Shown here piece after piece: positions 32,445 to 45,475 of a DNA stretch of 64,000 nt. The stretch lies in NCBI GenBank assembly GCA_023920165.1, contig CP089279.1:868001-932000 (forward strand), read 5' to 3'. The position numbers and the translations under genes are program-made. Under the pieces are notes generated by a model. It ran no database searches. It was not told where the DNA came from and saw only the letters and a list, made by a program, of their open reading frames with translations. Numbering within the stretch: the first letter of the stretch is position 1; each line of letters begins with the position of its first letter. The DNA is from Curvularia clavata. Lineage: Eukaryota.

Positions 32445-34054
32445 ATGGGCGGTCGTGCTTTCAAGGATCTCCACTGCCCACGCATTAGCCCAGATGTATA
32501 CAGCAAAGCTAAATCACAAGCTACAGCAGCTCTCCAGACGGTGTTCGAACAAGTGGTTGTTCCAACAGAGATGCCGGAGAAGGTATGATTGGAAAGCAAG
32601 ACGTCGTTGCGGCTCTGCTGACTACTTCAGTGTGACTATGGCGACATCGACTTCCTAGTCAGCAATCCTTTGAAGTCTCCAGGAGCCTACACAATACAAA
32701 ATTTCCCGTGGGAAGAAACTGTTCAACGCATCAAAGAAGCTTTTGGTACTACACACGGCCGCCGAGGCTATCTCACCGCTGATTGCATGTACTTTGCCGT
32801 CAATGCGCCTTGTGATGAAGACTACTTCATTCAGATCGACGTCAAGGTCTGCTTCAAGCCTGAGCTGTTCGAGTGGTGCACGTATGAGCTCAATTATGCG
32901 AGCAACAGTAAGATCATCGGAAGTATGGTCAAGCCGTTAGGCCTCACTCTTGACCCTGAAGGCATTCACATACGCGTTGAAGATATTGAAGAAACGGATC
33001 ATCATGGCAGTATGGTGTGGGTTAGTAAGAACCCGAAGGATTTACTCAGGATTGCTGGACTGGATCATCGAATGGTCCACAATAGATTCAGCACTAAGGA
33101 AGAGAGTAAGCACAATGACAAACCTGCTACATTGAGTGTAGATTGTGTTAACTGCTATCAGTTTACCAGTACTTCGCCAGCTCGTGGCTCTTTCACCCTG
33201 CTCATTTTGCAGCACGCCTTGCGGAGGAAAAGTACAATAACCGGATCGGAGACCGCTCCCCGCACTGGATACACTTTATCAAGGTTTGGGTGCCCAAGCG
33301 CTTTCCTAGCGATCGCCTTCTGAACGATGCTTCGGACAGTGTCGAGTCCAAAGACAGCAGCAATAAGCGCAACCTCCAAGACCTTCAAGCATGGTACAAG
33401 CACACCAGAGCTGCAGTTCGCGACAAAGTCTTCACCATGTTTCCCGACGTCGCAAGGGAACACTACGTCAGACGCGTCGCATATCTCAAGAAGCAGCAAG
33501 AGCAGCGACTCATAGAGCTCCTCATGAACGCCATCCCGGTCGGCACAGAAGGATGGAAAGAAGACATCGCACAGCCCACCATCGTCTTCACTGATCCAGC
33601 ACCCACAACAACCAATCTCAAATCCGCAGCCTTGCGCGAAATGATACTGCCTACATCCGCTCCTCGGACCCCAGCCCCATTTAAACATGGCACAAGCACC
33701 CAGCTTTCCCACACCAACACCATCTACATCGACCCCTTGCCCCGCGAGCCCCCCATCCCATGCGTTCAACGTCCTCCACCCAATAGCATGTCTATTCCAG
33801 CCAAACTCGCCTGTCTCGCTCGCTGGACCGACTTTGACCCTCACACAGGAGCACCTTACGTGCGCTGCTCGCGGCGACCAAAGGACGAAGACATGTACTG
33901 GGCGGATGCGGTGGATGCGGGTGCAACGGAGGAAGTGCTGGTGCGCTGGGCGAAAGAGGCGTGGTGGGGTATCTGGGCGAGGCAGGTGGTGGTGAACTAT
34001 ACGGGAATGTGGAAGAGGAAGTTTGAGAAAGAGGATGCGAGAAAAGGGATTTGA
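32445..34054 (+). CDS. Uncharacterised protein with a Pol-beta/PolX-like nucleotidyltransferase motif set; exons 32445-32582, 32631-33105, 33162-34054
   Basis: Reads MGGRAFKDLHCPRI...EMPEK|CDYGDIDFLV...FIQIDVKVC...KPLGLTLDPEGIHIR...KDLLRIAGLD. Two canonical GT-AG introns join three frames. Confidence 0.75.
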
Positions 34055-34390
34055 TGAATCTTTGACAAAGGTTAGCTCCCAAGTATACTGCGTATGAATG
34101 TGTGAAGGTTGAGGAAGGAGGGACAAAAGTTAGTATATGTAAAGTTTTGATAGTATGGAAGGATGTGGAAATATGAAAACATGGATTTCAGCAAGAGCTA
34201 ACTTCATCACATTAATCTTTGAGGCATAGCAGTGACGGTAATAAAATATCCAGATCTCGAAGAGGATCTGTGATTTTATAAATTTCTATTGTCTAATGAA
34301 CAGGCTCTACAAATCAGAGTACATTACCCTGTACCCAACCACCTATCCCTCCCTTCACCAGTCCTTCCATCCACAGACCTCCATCCACCC

Positions 34391-35722
34391 TCATTTCGGC
34401 CCCACACCAAACCAATCCGGCGTGCGATCATGCGTCCACAACCCACGTTGCAACGACCTGTCAAAATACCCCTCCGTCCCCCAACCCACCATAAGCAGCG
34501 TCCACACGAAGCCCAGCAGCCGCCAACCGACAGAATCCCTGAACCCCATCTTCTTCCCCAGGGCAATTATATGATCTTCCACAAGAATAACCGCCGCCTG
34601 ACCTAGAAAGAACTTCATGGATCCCACATCATCATCGAACGAGCGATCCAACAACCACGACCCCCCACTATGAATAAGCGCCGAAATCCCAAACGCGCCG
34701 AAAAGCTGAACATACTTTGACCCAAAACTGCCTTTCCTCAGCTTTAAGAAATCGCGTGCGAGCCACAGACTAGGCGCACCGCATATCCGCCGCATCTGCT
34801 GATGCCAGACTGCAGACCAGGCTTGCCTCACACTCCAGAGATCACGCAAGTAGCCAAAGCCAGAAGGGCAGTCGCGCGGATTAGCGAGGCCGAGCGCTAC
34901 GCAGAGGATGCCGTAGGCGGTGTGGCCTATTTCGAGGTTGACCCATGTCATTAAGATAGTAACCCATGTGTACCATAGGCGGGTGGGGAAGAAAGGGTCA
35001 TCAGGGGAAAACGAGGAGAAAGTTTTTTCGCCCGACTGCTGCAGGTCGAGGTAGGTGCCGTAGGGGCTGCTGGCCATATAGGCGATCGACAAGTCACGGA
35101 ATACGATGAGTAGTGCTAAGCGGACGCTTTTGCGGGCGATGAAGTGACTATTGGGGAAAATTAGGAGTTTTTTTTTGGTTGCATGGGAGTAGAAGAGGCG
35201 GACTTACAGACGAGGATAGTCGGGTGGAACTTCCATGTTGACGTTTTTGACTTGTTGGCTCCATCCGACGTATCTGTTCGTAAAGGAGAGACGGATTCCC
35301 CACCACATTCGACTCCAGAAAGTCGTTCCTGCGCCGCCTGGTTCTCTTTCATATCTCTTGCTCGGCATCGTCGCGTTTCCAGTGCCATTGGGCTTGCCAT
35401 TCGAGGCTTTGGCCTTATCCTCCTCTTTTCCATATTGTATCTTGTACCATCCTTCTTTGTCTGGGCTTTGCAAAAGAATCCAATCCACGTACTGGAGAAT
35501 CATGGTCATTGTAAAAACTTCAAGGCCATACTTGTAGCCCCAGCCTTTGTCCCATTCTTGGTAGAACGATTGCGCAACTAGTAGGATGAGCAAAGGTAGA
35601 GTAAGAAAGACACGCAGGAACTGGCGCTGAGGTCCTAGCGCGAGCGCAACAACATTGTTTAGAATCAGAAAAATGGCTTGGAAACGCTGGAATATGGGTG
35701 GTAATTGTAAGGATACCGCCAT
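34391..35722 (-). CDS. Membrane-bound O-acyltransferase (MBOAT_2 / wax synthase / Tri7-like); exons 35722-35208, 35147-34391
   Basis: Multiple TM segments, motifs RYVGWSQQV, WSVRQAWSAVWHQQMRR and FGISALIHSGG (conserved His); intron GTAAGT...CCTAAT...TAG. Confidence 0.85.
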
Positions 35723-36764
35723 TGTTGCTTTTTTTGTTGCTCTCCCAAGATTTGAAAAGAATGACCGGAGTGCAGCATGACGAGTAAGACGGTGGACACG
35801 CGTGTATATACCTTTAGCCCTGTCGTCCGAATGATTGACAACAGGGCTTGTAAGAAACTCAAAAGTGTGGCCTCGGTACTTGCTGCATGTTCAGGGGTAA
35901 GGCACCGTGCGTGCTAGTGGTGCCGTATAGAATACGTTAGCGCGAGAATGTTTCTTGATGGCATTTTACTCGCAAGACTGTACTTTCTAGACTCAGAATC
36001 TGAGATAAATGCTTGGTACATATCAGCGCTCAAGCAGGTCGGCCCAGATCCACGACACCCATCCCCAACTGGACCCAAAACGATTTGGCCTTTATCAGCA
36101 TCATGTGAACGGGATTTTCGGAGGTGTCAGATGTTGGCCTGGACTAGTGCAATGCTTGTATGTGGAGTATCGCCGAACAGTGGACACTTGCGGTACGGGA
36201 TCTGAGAAAATCATTTTGTGCCGACTACAGAGTCTCTGAGTCGTTAGCTTAGCTATATGCCCACTCTGTATGTAAGTGCTGGCCAGATGCTTGTAAGTCG
36301 GACACAAGTATAAAAAACCAAGATAATAGTAACTACTTTGGTTTTGCAGTCGAGTAGCTGTCGTCTGCTTTACCCAAAACTCTAAATGGAGGAAGGTTTT
36401 CGCCAGTTTAAATGCTTATTTTTCTGGACACCGCAATTGCCGGCAGGAGAACGCCTGTGCACGGTCAAGTTGAGCGGGCACTAGTACCTACCCTTCTGTC
36501 CTGCTTAGCCCATCAAGCCCTGCACACACGGCACCGGGAGATAACTAGCCGTTGTATTCAAACACATGAGTTTAGCGAAAATGCTCTGCATTAAAATCTT
36601 CTAATATAGGCCGTAGCTAAAGAGGAACCCAAGGAACCGGGAAGAAGGTCTGGAACAACAATGCTGGCTTGTGCGACTAGAAAGCTAGTCTTTGAAAACC
36701 CCATAGCTCAAGACCATCCGTGTAGCAACTGTCCATGGCTGGTGCATCCTCTTGACGCGTTGTT

Positions 36765-38071
36765 TTACAGCTGCACATCTTGAAAGCTTTCCCCGTTGTC
36801 ATCCTCTTCAACGGATGCCTGCCCTGGTTTCGTTCTTTGGGGTAGGCTCGCTTCTATCGCTTTTTCGTCTTGAGGCTCGGGCTCAGAGTCATCTTCTTCG
36901 CTTTCGCCTTGCTGCTGTTCCTTGCCAGGGTGCGGTCTAAGTTCATCCGATCGGTCTTTGTGCTCTTCTGTCTGCGACTTGGATTCCATGGAGCTTCTCT
37001 CGCTTCTCTCGCTCACATCGTCTTTGGGTGGTGGGGGAGGTGGTGCGGCACCGTCTGTCTCGCGGCCTGGCCTTGACTGCTCCGGCGTGGGTGGCGTAAC
37101 TTCGGTCCTTGGACTTATGATGGGACTCTTTGGTTGCTGTGGCTGTGACTGCTGTTGTTGCTGCTGCGGCTGTGACGATTGTTGAGGTGGCTGCTGCGCT
37201 GACCCTGCGCCTACGCTTCGCAACCTTGGATCGGCATTTAGGTAATAGCCTCTGACACCGACTATTCTTCCTTCTCTTTCACATCCTATGACCCAATCTG
37301 GCACAACAACCGGTATGTTGTTCTCGACAGCCTTCTCCCATGCTGGCCCCCGGCCCTCGGTACAGATGAAGTGTGTTGTGTCGATACGAACAGTGTCAGC
37401 AATTTTAGCGCCAATTCGCTCCACAGATCGTTGTAGCGACTCGCGAAGAGCAGCTGGCATGTGACCAGGCGTAATGGTGATACCAGACAGATCCGTCATC
37501 TTGTGTGTGTGAACCTTCAACTTCTCGCTGCTGAATGTGCCGGCGCTAGTTTTCAGAACGAGGTGAAATTGATATTCTGTGTCGACTGCTAAGCCGCTCA
37601 ACTTGGTGCTATGCTGGTCGTTAGGCTTAGGTATTGTGCCTGCCTTGTTGCCATTGCGGTAGAGTGTCAGGCTGCGGAGTTCGGCGGTTGCGACATCGAT
37701 AGGATCCCATTCGAGGACCACGGAGGTTTGTGTGGCATTGCGACACTTGAGCACTGGCGCTGAAGGCGTGCGCTGACCAAAGGTGCGGAAGATTTCAGAC
37801 TGGAGCTCATGGAAGGCTTTTTGGGCGTCGGCTTCGGCTTTGTAATTACGTCCGACGTCGATGTCTACCATGGAACCAGAAGAAATATCGGGCGGAAGCA
37901 ATATAGAGGGAAATTCGATCTTGGTTGACGTCAGTTCGAATGAAGTGTACAGGTGTACCAGGGCGGCCTGGAGGGCGGAGAGGCATTGAAGTCACTCACA
38001 AGGCGTTTATCTTCGGTGAGTAGCACTGCTACTCCAGCGTCGACCTTGCCGACTGTGAGGGAGACAAGCAT
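36765..38071 (-). CDS. CHS5: Exomer subunit Chs5 (FN3 + BRCT); exons 38071-38000, 37919-36765
   Basis: N-terminus MLVSLTVGKVDAGVAVLLTEDKRL|IEFPSILLPPDISSGSMVDI, FN3 (RNATQTSVVLEWDPI), BRCT (VRIDTTHFICTEGRG...IPVVVPDWV) and an acidic, Q-rich tail. Confidence 0.95.
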
Positions 38072-38266
38072 CTTGAGTACGACTGTGCGGGGTGAATCGA
38101 TGAGGGAGATGCGATGCGTCGGGGGTTAGCTGACCTTCCGTGTACCTGAGCACGGCCCGAGGATTTGCCGTGACAGGCGCTAGCGTTGTCAGGTTGTCGT
38201 GTAGGTACTCACGTGCTACTCACCCACTCACCGTCCTTATTCCTCTAATTACAACCTTACGACACA

Positions 38267-39642
38267 ATGGCACGAAGTGGAAAATACAAAGCCATACATC
38301 AATTGAATCGAAGGTCGAGGTCTGGGTTCAAGTTTACCAAACTGCCTCTCGACTTGCAATTCCTTGTAAGTCTTGCTAGATGCTCCCATAGTAAGCACTT
38401 GAGACTAACTCTCAGGAATAGGTGCTTTGCAACTGTGATTTGACAGGCATCGCTACACTGATCAAAGCCAATCCATCACTCAGAAATCTGTGCCTCAGAT
38501 ATCCGGGAACAGTAATCCAAAATGCACTCGAAGAAATTCCTGGGACTGTCGCTACTTTGCTACATGTCACAATCATATTAGAAAGCGTCATTGACGACCG
38601 TTTCGATGCCAGAGACATATATGGCATTTTGGACCAGGAAGGCGGAGCTCGATTTCTAACTGGCCGCTCGAAGCTTTTCAGTGTCAAAGATGATGGCTTG
38701 CGGGTGGAGAGCCTAGTGAGTATCTACGCAGAAGTAAAAGCCGCCGCTGACATAGTCGTTCAAGCCATGGGTGCTGCAATGCAGGTGTCGTTAGACCACC
38801 TGATAGTCGTAACGCCCATTGTACCGTCTGCCGCAGAGCAGCTGCGCATGATGTGCGCACTTCTTGTGATCAGGATTTACTATCAGCTCAGGTTCCAGTG
38901 TAGCGCGGCCGCCGCAGCCGCCTTTGTGGGAACACTGACACCGTGCCAGATGGTACAGGGCAGCTCGATTGAAGAATTTGTTGATTGTTGCGTCAAGGAG
39001 CCGCGCATGCTCTTGGACAAGAAGATTGACAAACGGTACACATGCCGCGAATCTCTTTCGCAGAAGTCGTTATTCCTGCGAGACTATATCAAAGCTACCG
39101 TAGCCGATATGGAGATGGGATATGATTCTGGCCACAAATTGCACATTCCTCGCTATTCTGATGCGGTCAGGGCTGAACTGGCTCACCGCAGACAGAGGTC
39201 TGAAGAGACCAGGCGTAGGGCGCGGCCTATACTGCCCTCTCCACTGCCACCTCGACCAGCCCCCGACAGACCACTGGTTGCGGCAGGCGAGTTGGGGTGC
39301 TTAGGTTCGCACCCAATTTGGCGCTCAGCGGACCCGCTCCGCAGCTACGGTTGGGTGGTGTGTCCCATGTTACATGGATACATGCGGACACAGAGGGTCG
39401 TCTTCAGATGCGGTATTCTGTTCTGGGACCAGAACCGGCTGGAGGATTGGAATGTGACGCGCGGGGCAGATATCGAGGAGCTGGGCCGCTGGGCAGCCAA
39501 ACTGTACACTAGGTACTTTGGCTCGTTACAGAAAGACTGCGAGGAAGAGACGAGAAGTCGGCAGATTGTGGAGTGGACACGCAGCCATGTGCAGATTACC
39601 TTTGAAGCGTTCTTGGCAAAGCAGGAGGGCAAGGGACAGTGA
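38267..39642 (+). CDS. Hypothetical protein with an N-terminal F-box-like motif; exons 38267-38365, 38422-39642
   Basis: The intron GTAAGT(38366)...ACTAAC...TAG(38421) yields FTKLPLDLQFL|VLCNCDLTGIATLIKANPSLRNL, an F-box-like LP-x-x-L pattern. The C-terminus has a GILFWDQNRLEDW motif. Confidence 0.7.
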
Positions 39643-40611
39643 TGGGCGTGGTCTTGTACATGAGGCTCAGTCAGCACGTGTAATCACGTGAACTGGCGTA
39701 GCGCGATAGGTAGGCGGAGCAAGACGCGCAGGAAAATAGCATGGCGGTGGTAGTACAGTGTGCATTAGCTCTCCACTGCAGTCAATGGGTTACGACATGG
39801 CACATTCTTGGGTCCCATTGCAGCGTGAAAACATGGAGTACTTGTAGATACCGCGGAGGCGGGACTGTCAAGACGATTTCCCCACCAGCCCCAGCCCCAG
39901 GCCAGACAGTCGAGTCGAGTCGAGCCTCTCTCCAAACCGCACGGGCTGGACTGAGAGCAGCGCAGCGCTGATCGGCGATGGGCGTGGTGGGGAACGAGCC
40001 GGCACTAACGTCTGCCATCGTGGCAGTAAGCGCGCTCAACACTTTGGCGCAGAGATTTTGGACGTGAACATGGACGCGCAGCTTGTCTTGCCCGGCACGA
40101 CGCCAAACAATGACGCGCAATGCACGCAGCGCAGGTAGCTTGAGCCGCACAAACCGGTTGCGGCTCTGTTGGACGCGGGCGTGAAACCGGGCGGGCGAGG
40201 GCGTTAATGCTCGAGTGGGCCGCCCCAGTCCAGTCCAGCCGTTCACGATAAGTCCCGCCGCCATGCACGGATACCTATGATGTATGCTGGCTGTATCGCG
40301 AGTTTCCGCACGTCCATGGTTCGCAATAGCTACTACCACAACACCCGCTCGCCCACGCCCGGTGTCCTGTGTCGTCGTCGTGCTTCGTCTCTCTCAATTG
40401 CTCTCCCTCGCCAGGCCGCCTGGTCCGCATACACTGCTCCTCTATACCTAGTCCTTCTCTGATATCTTGGCTGGCTGTTACCCCATTGTTTGCCCCATAC
40501 TCCCTGCAGGCAATTATTTATCTCCACGCCGCTCCTCGCGCCGCTCACCGCACCGCTCTCCCTTCCTGCCAGTGACCCAGACGCCCACCTACACCAGCTC
40601 CCACAGTCGCC

Positions 40612-43600
40612 ATGGTTCTCATTGGGAATCAAGAATACCTCTGTGAAGAGGAGCAGCGTCTCAAGCAGGACCGCGAACGCACCGCCTACTGGAAGCGATG
40701 GGGTCCCTATGTTGCCGAGCGACAGTGGGCAACAGGTCAGTTTTGCTTCCTGTAACTGTGCTCAATCAATGCTAATACCTCTCTAGTCCGCGAAGACTAC
40801 TCGTAGGTGATGCTGCTGCTTTTGACACTGTGCACTGCTAACCAATTTTTTTTCTTCTAGCCATGATGGAGATGCCTGGAGCCGTAAGTCAAGTTTGTAA
40901 ATCTTCATCATGCTGCTGTCGCTAACTCTGTGGCAGACTTTACGCACGATATGGCGAGGTCGCGCGCCTTCCGTTGGGGCGAGGACGGTATCGCTGGTGT
41001 CTCTGATTCGCACGGCTTCCAGAACATCGCATTTGCCTTCTGGAATGAGAAAGAGTGGGTTGATTCCGGCATAAGAACCTGCCAGTCAATTGACGTGTTT
41101 GCAGTGATTTTCTAAAGGAGCGACTTTTTGGACTGTCCAACCCCCAGGGTAACCACGGCGAGTCGCTCAAGGAGTGCCATTTCCACTTGGACAACACACC
41201 AACCGTATGTTTCTTTTCCCTTTTTGAAGTTGCGTCACTGAAACTGCGTGCAGCACTCGTACATGAAATTTCTCTACAAGCTGCCTCAGCGCAAATTCCC
41301 CTACGAAGACCTCATTGCGACCAACGCGAAGCGAACGAGGCTCGAGCCTGAGTACAATCTCGTTGATACTGGCGTCTTCGACGATGATCGATATTGGGAT
41401 ATCTTCATAGAGACTGCCAAAGAGGCCGACGACCCGGAAGAACTGTGCTTTCGAGTTACAGCCTACAACCGTGGCCCAGAGCCAGCCCCATTGCACATTG
41501 TGCCTCACTGCTGGTTCAGGAACACTTGGGCGTGGGGTCACGAAGATCCAAAGCTGAAGCCCTCCATCACAAAAATTGGCCCGACGACTGCGCAGTCGAA
41601 ACACCACAAGCTCGGGGACCGATACTTCCAGCTCTCACCATCTCCTGGTGTCGGCCCTAGTGGCGAGGATGTTCAGCCTGAGCTCCTCTTCACCGATAAC
41701 GACACCAACTACAAGGGCCTGTGGAACGTTGAGAACAAGACACCATATGTCAAAGATGCTTTCCATCGCTACATTGTAGATGATGAAAAGGATGCTGTAA
41801 ACCCTGCCAACACGGGCACAAAGTGCGCGGCCTGGTACGCTTTCGACGAAGGCGAGGGCGTTCAACCTGGTGAATGCGCTGTAGTCCGATTCAGGCTCTC
41901 GCGGAAAGACGACGGATATCTCGACGAAGAGCTCTTCGATGATATTATCGAGCAACGTCGTGCTGAGGCCGACGAATTCTACTACAGGATAAGCCCGCTT
42001 CCAATTGCCGACGACTTGCGCAACATTCAGCGCCAGGCCTTCTCTGGCATGATGTGGTGCAAGCAATACTACCACTTCATCTGGGATCAGTGGGCCAACG
42101 GCGATCCTGCCATGCCTCCTCCCCCACCTGGTCGGAAAGCCATACGAAACAAGGAGTGGAAACACATGTACCTGGATGACATTCTTTCCATGCCTGATTC
42201 CTGGGAATATCCCTTTTTTGCTGCCTGGGACAGCGCGTTCCACTGCATCACACTGGCCATGATTGACCCAGAATTCGCCAAGAAGCAGCTCGATCTCTTT
42301 ACGCGCGAGTGGTACATGCACCCCAACGGCCAATTACCAGCATACGAATGGAACTTTGGCGACGTGAATCCTCCAGTTCATGCCTGGGCATTGTTCAGGG
42401 TGTTCAAGATTGAACGCAAGATGTACGGGCGTGAAGATTTTGACTGTCTCGAGCGTGTGTTCCAAAAGCTATTGCTCAATTTCACCTGGTGGGTCAACCG
42501 AAAGGACGCAGAAGGAAAGAACATCTTCGAGGGTGGTTTCCTCGGCCTTGACAACATTGGTGTTTTTAACCGTTCCGATCCTCTGCCGACTGGTGGTGTC
42601 CTTGAACAGGCCGACAGCACTGGCTGGATGGGTTTCTACTGCTTGAACATGTTGAACATCTGTCTGGAGCTCGCTAAGAGACGCCGCATCTACGAAGACA
42701 TGGCCTCCAAGTTTTTCGAGCACTTCCTCATGATCAGCGACGCTATGCAATTCCGTAGCGAGGGCGAGTCGAAGCCGCTGTGGAACGAGGAGGACGGCTT
42801 CTACTACGACGCCATCTCGTGGGGTGGTCCATGGAGTCATCAAATGCCGGTCCGCTCCCTCGTTGGCCTCATTCCTCTGTATTCTACCATGACGCTGGAG
42901 CCGGAGATTATCAACCGACTGCCCAGCTTCAAGAAACGTGTAGAATGGTTCATCGCCAATCGCCCAGAACAATCGAAACGCAACATCCACACGCTGTCCA
43001 AACGTGGTCAGGGCAACCGCATGCTTCTGTCGCTCGTCAATGAAGACCGACTCAAGCGAATAATGAAGAGGATGTTGGACGAGGACGAATTCTTCGCTGA
43101 CCATGGTATCCGGTCACTCTCAAAGTACCACAAGGACCATCCTTACTCTATGGATGTCAATGGCGAGAAATACGAGGTCGCATACCTTCCGGGTGACTCA
43201 GATAGCGGTCTGTTCGGTGGCAACAGCAACTGGCGAGGTCCCATCTGGCTGGCAGTAAACTTCCTGCTTATTGAGTCTTGCCAGAGATTCCATCTCTACT
43301 ATGGTAACGACTTGAAGGTCGAGTGCCCAACAGGCTCTGGTGATTTTATGCATCTCGGCCATGTCGCAGAGGAAATTCAGCATCGTCTTCAGCATCTATT
43401 TGCTCGCGGAGATGATGGTCGAAGAGCCATCAACAATGGTAACGAGATGCTCGACTTTGACCCCAACTGGAAGGATTACATGTGGTACCACGAGTTTTTC
43501 GATGGTGACACGGGACGCGGCTTGGGAGCAACGCATCAGTGCGGCTGGACCGGCCTGATTGCGAAGATGATTCATGACACAGGGTAAGTTTGCTGGTGAT

Positions 43601-44079
43601 TTCACAGCGTGCCAAAGCTAACGAGAAGTAGCATGACTTGCCGCCTCCCACAAACACCACGCACACCGACTGGTGCTGCCAGCCACTACTTTGACGACGT
43701 TTTCACGCCCGCAGGCAAGCCGGCCAAACGTCATTCTCTTCGGCGGTCGTCTACAAGCCGTAGCATTGGCTTCCGAAGTGACTGGGGGGAGACATCCACC
43801 AACGGAGAGGAAGACGATGACACAAGCCCAATGAAGCGCAAGAACTCGGTTGGTGTACTAGACCAAGAGGCGATGGAACAGAAGGCAGCCATGGCAAACC
43901 GGCTGAATGATTATGTTAGCGGACAGCTTCAGCGCATGAAGTCGGGCATGCAAGACTACGAGGCGGACGAGTTTGAGACGACGACAGATGGTGCTTCCGA
44001 CACACGGGGCAGGAACGGTCATCGCAATGGGCGAAGCAAAGGCGACTACTTTGAGCAGGATCCGTATTTTAGCAAGTGA
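40612..44079 (+). CDS. Glycoside hydrolase family 63-like (six-hairpin, YMR196W/MGH1-like); exons 40612-40735, 40787-40802, 40861-40883, 40937-41054, 41105-41204, 41254-43583, 43632-44079
   Basis: Spliced motifs [93 protein letters not shown] and [20 protein letters not shown]. Six GT-AG introns are mutually frame-consistent. Confidence 0.92.
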
Positions 44080-44629
44080 GGGTTGTGAGAGCATGTTGTA
44101 TATGATGTGTAAGAGGAGGCAGATCTGTTTGACCTAGGTGGTAATTGGGGAGAATGAAGCACTAGATTCTAGACTTCTGATAGAAACCAAAAGAGGCAGG
44201 ATATTCTTCGTTATTTTTTGCACCCAAGCTTTTTTGTCTTCGATCTAGTGCACGTGAGGAAGGCATTGTCCAGGTGATACATAGACTTTGATAGTGTATA
44301 CAACATGCTACTAATGCCATTGACAAAATGCATGTTAGGTCAGGGCTAGTCTCACGTGTTAGCGCGGCGGTGGGCGGCGGTGGTGATTGCAGCGGGCGAT
44401 TATCGATTGTTTGTTGCGGGGCCTAAACACCCTCCCTCCTGAGCCCAACCAACCCAGCGCAACGTCACTGACAAGTGCTTTCCCGTAATTCCTCGCTCCA
44501 ACATCTACTGCCGGACACTATCCTCTCGCGTCCTCGCTCGCTTCCAACCGTTGCCTACCCACCAGGCCTCCAGACGACAAGAAGGATACAATCTTCCAAG
44601 AGATATACAGCACAACGCGGTTTGAGAAG

Positions 44630-45475
44630 ATGTCAAACTTCATCACTACAGTGTTGGTCTTCCTCTTGCTATCTCAGGAGCATGCGCAAGCGACCAGAGT
44701 TGTTATGCGGACAAACGCTTACCTTCTCAATATCCTAGTAATCCACGAACGCGCGCACCCTTTAAGCCACAAAAGGCAAATCGAGGCACGAGCAGCTGGC
44801 AGCTCAAGCAGTATGCGGAGGCTACGCTCGGCAGCGGCAGCTTGAGGAAAGCGGTTAGGCTACCAGAGGGAGAAGACAAGGACGAATGGCTGGCAGTCAA
44901 TGGTGGGAGTGTCGCTGAGCATGAGATGGAACCCAGCTGATTCGCAAGCGCAGTCGTCGACTTCTACAACCAGATCAACCTGCTCTACGGATCCATCACT
45001 GAATTCTGTTCACCTCAGAGCTGTCCAGAGATGAAGGCTACAGATGAGTAAGCTAGCGTTCAAGCGCTGCCTGCGCATCGCATTGACAGTGACTAGGTTC
45101 GAGTACCTCTGGCAAGACTCGGAAAACTACAAGAAGCCTACGAAGATGCCGGCACCAGAGTACATTGAACATCTCATGGCATGGGTGCAATCGAATGTCG
45201 ACAACGAAGCCATGTTCCCTTCGCGCATCGGCGTTCCTTTCCCAAAGGCGTTCCCTGCTCTTATCCGTAACATGTTCAAACGCCTGTACCGTGTATATGC
45301 ACACATATACTGCCACCACTATCCCGTCATCATCGAGCTAGGGTTGGAGCCACACCTCAACACAAGTTTCAAACACTATGTGCTATTCATCGACGAGCAC
45401 GGCCTGGCCAGTGGAAGCAAGGACTTTTGGGGACCACTCGGAGACTTGGTGGACAGCATGCTGAAAAGCGATTAG
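44630..45475 (+). CDS. MOB1: MOB kinase activator Mob1; exons 44630-44652, 44739-44902, 44954-45047, 45097-45475
   Basis: Reads [73 protein letters not shown]...[15 protein letters not shown]...[12 protein letters not shown]. Confidence 0.95.

Noticed and set aside
33158..34126. 322-aa minus-strand ORF
   Set aside because: It overlaps exon 3 of the plus-strand gene, which has consistent splice signals, and its translation is not protein-like.
24374..35722. Possible secondary-metabolite cluster (dehydrogenase, MBOAT acyltransferase)
   Set aside because: There is no PKS, NRPS, terpene synthase, transporter or cluster regulator in the window, and the genes are interleaved with housekeeping loci.
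41635..43104. 232-aa and 211-aa minus-strand ORFs
   Set aside because: They are antisense shadows of the GH63-like coding exon.
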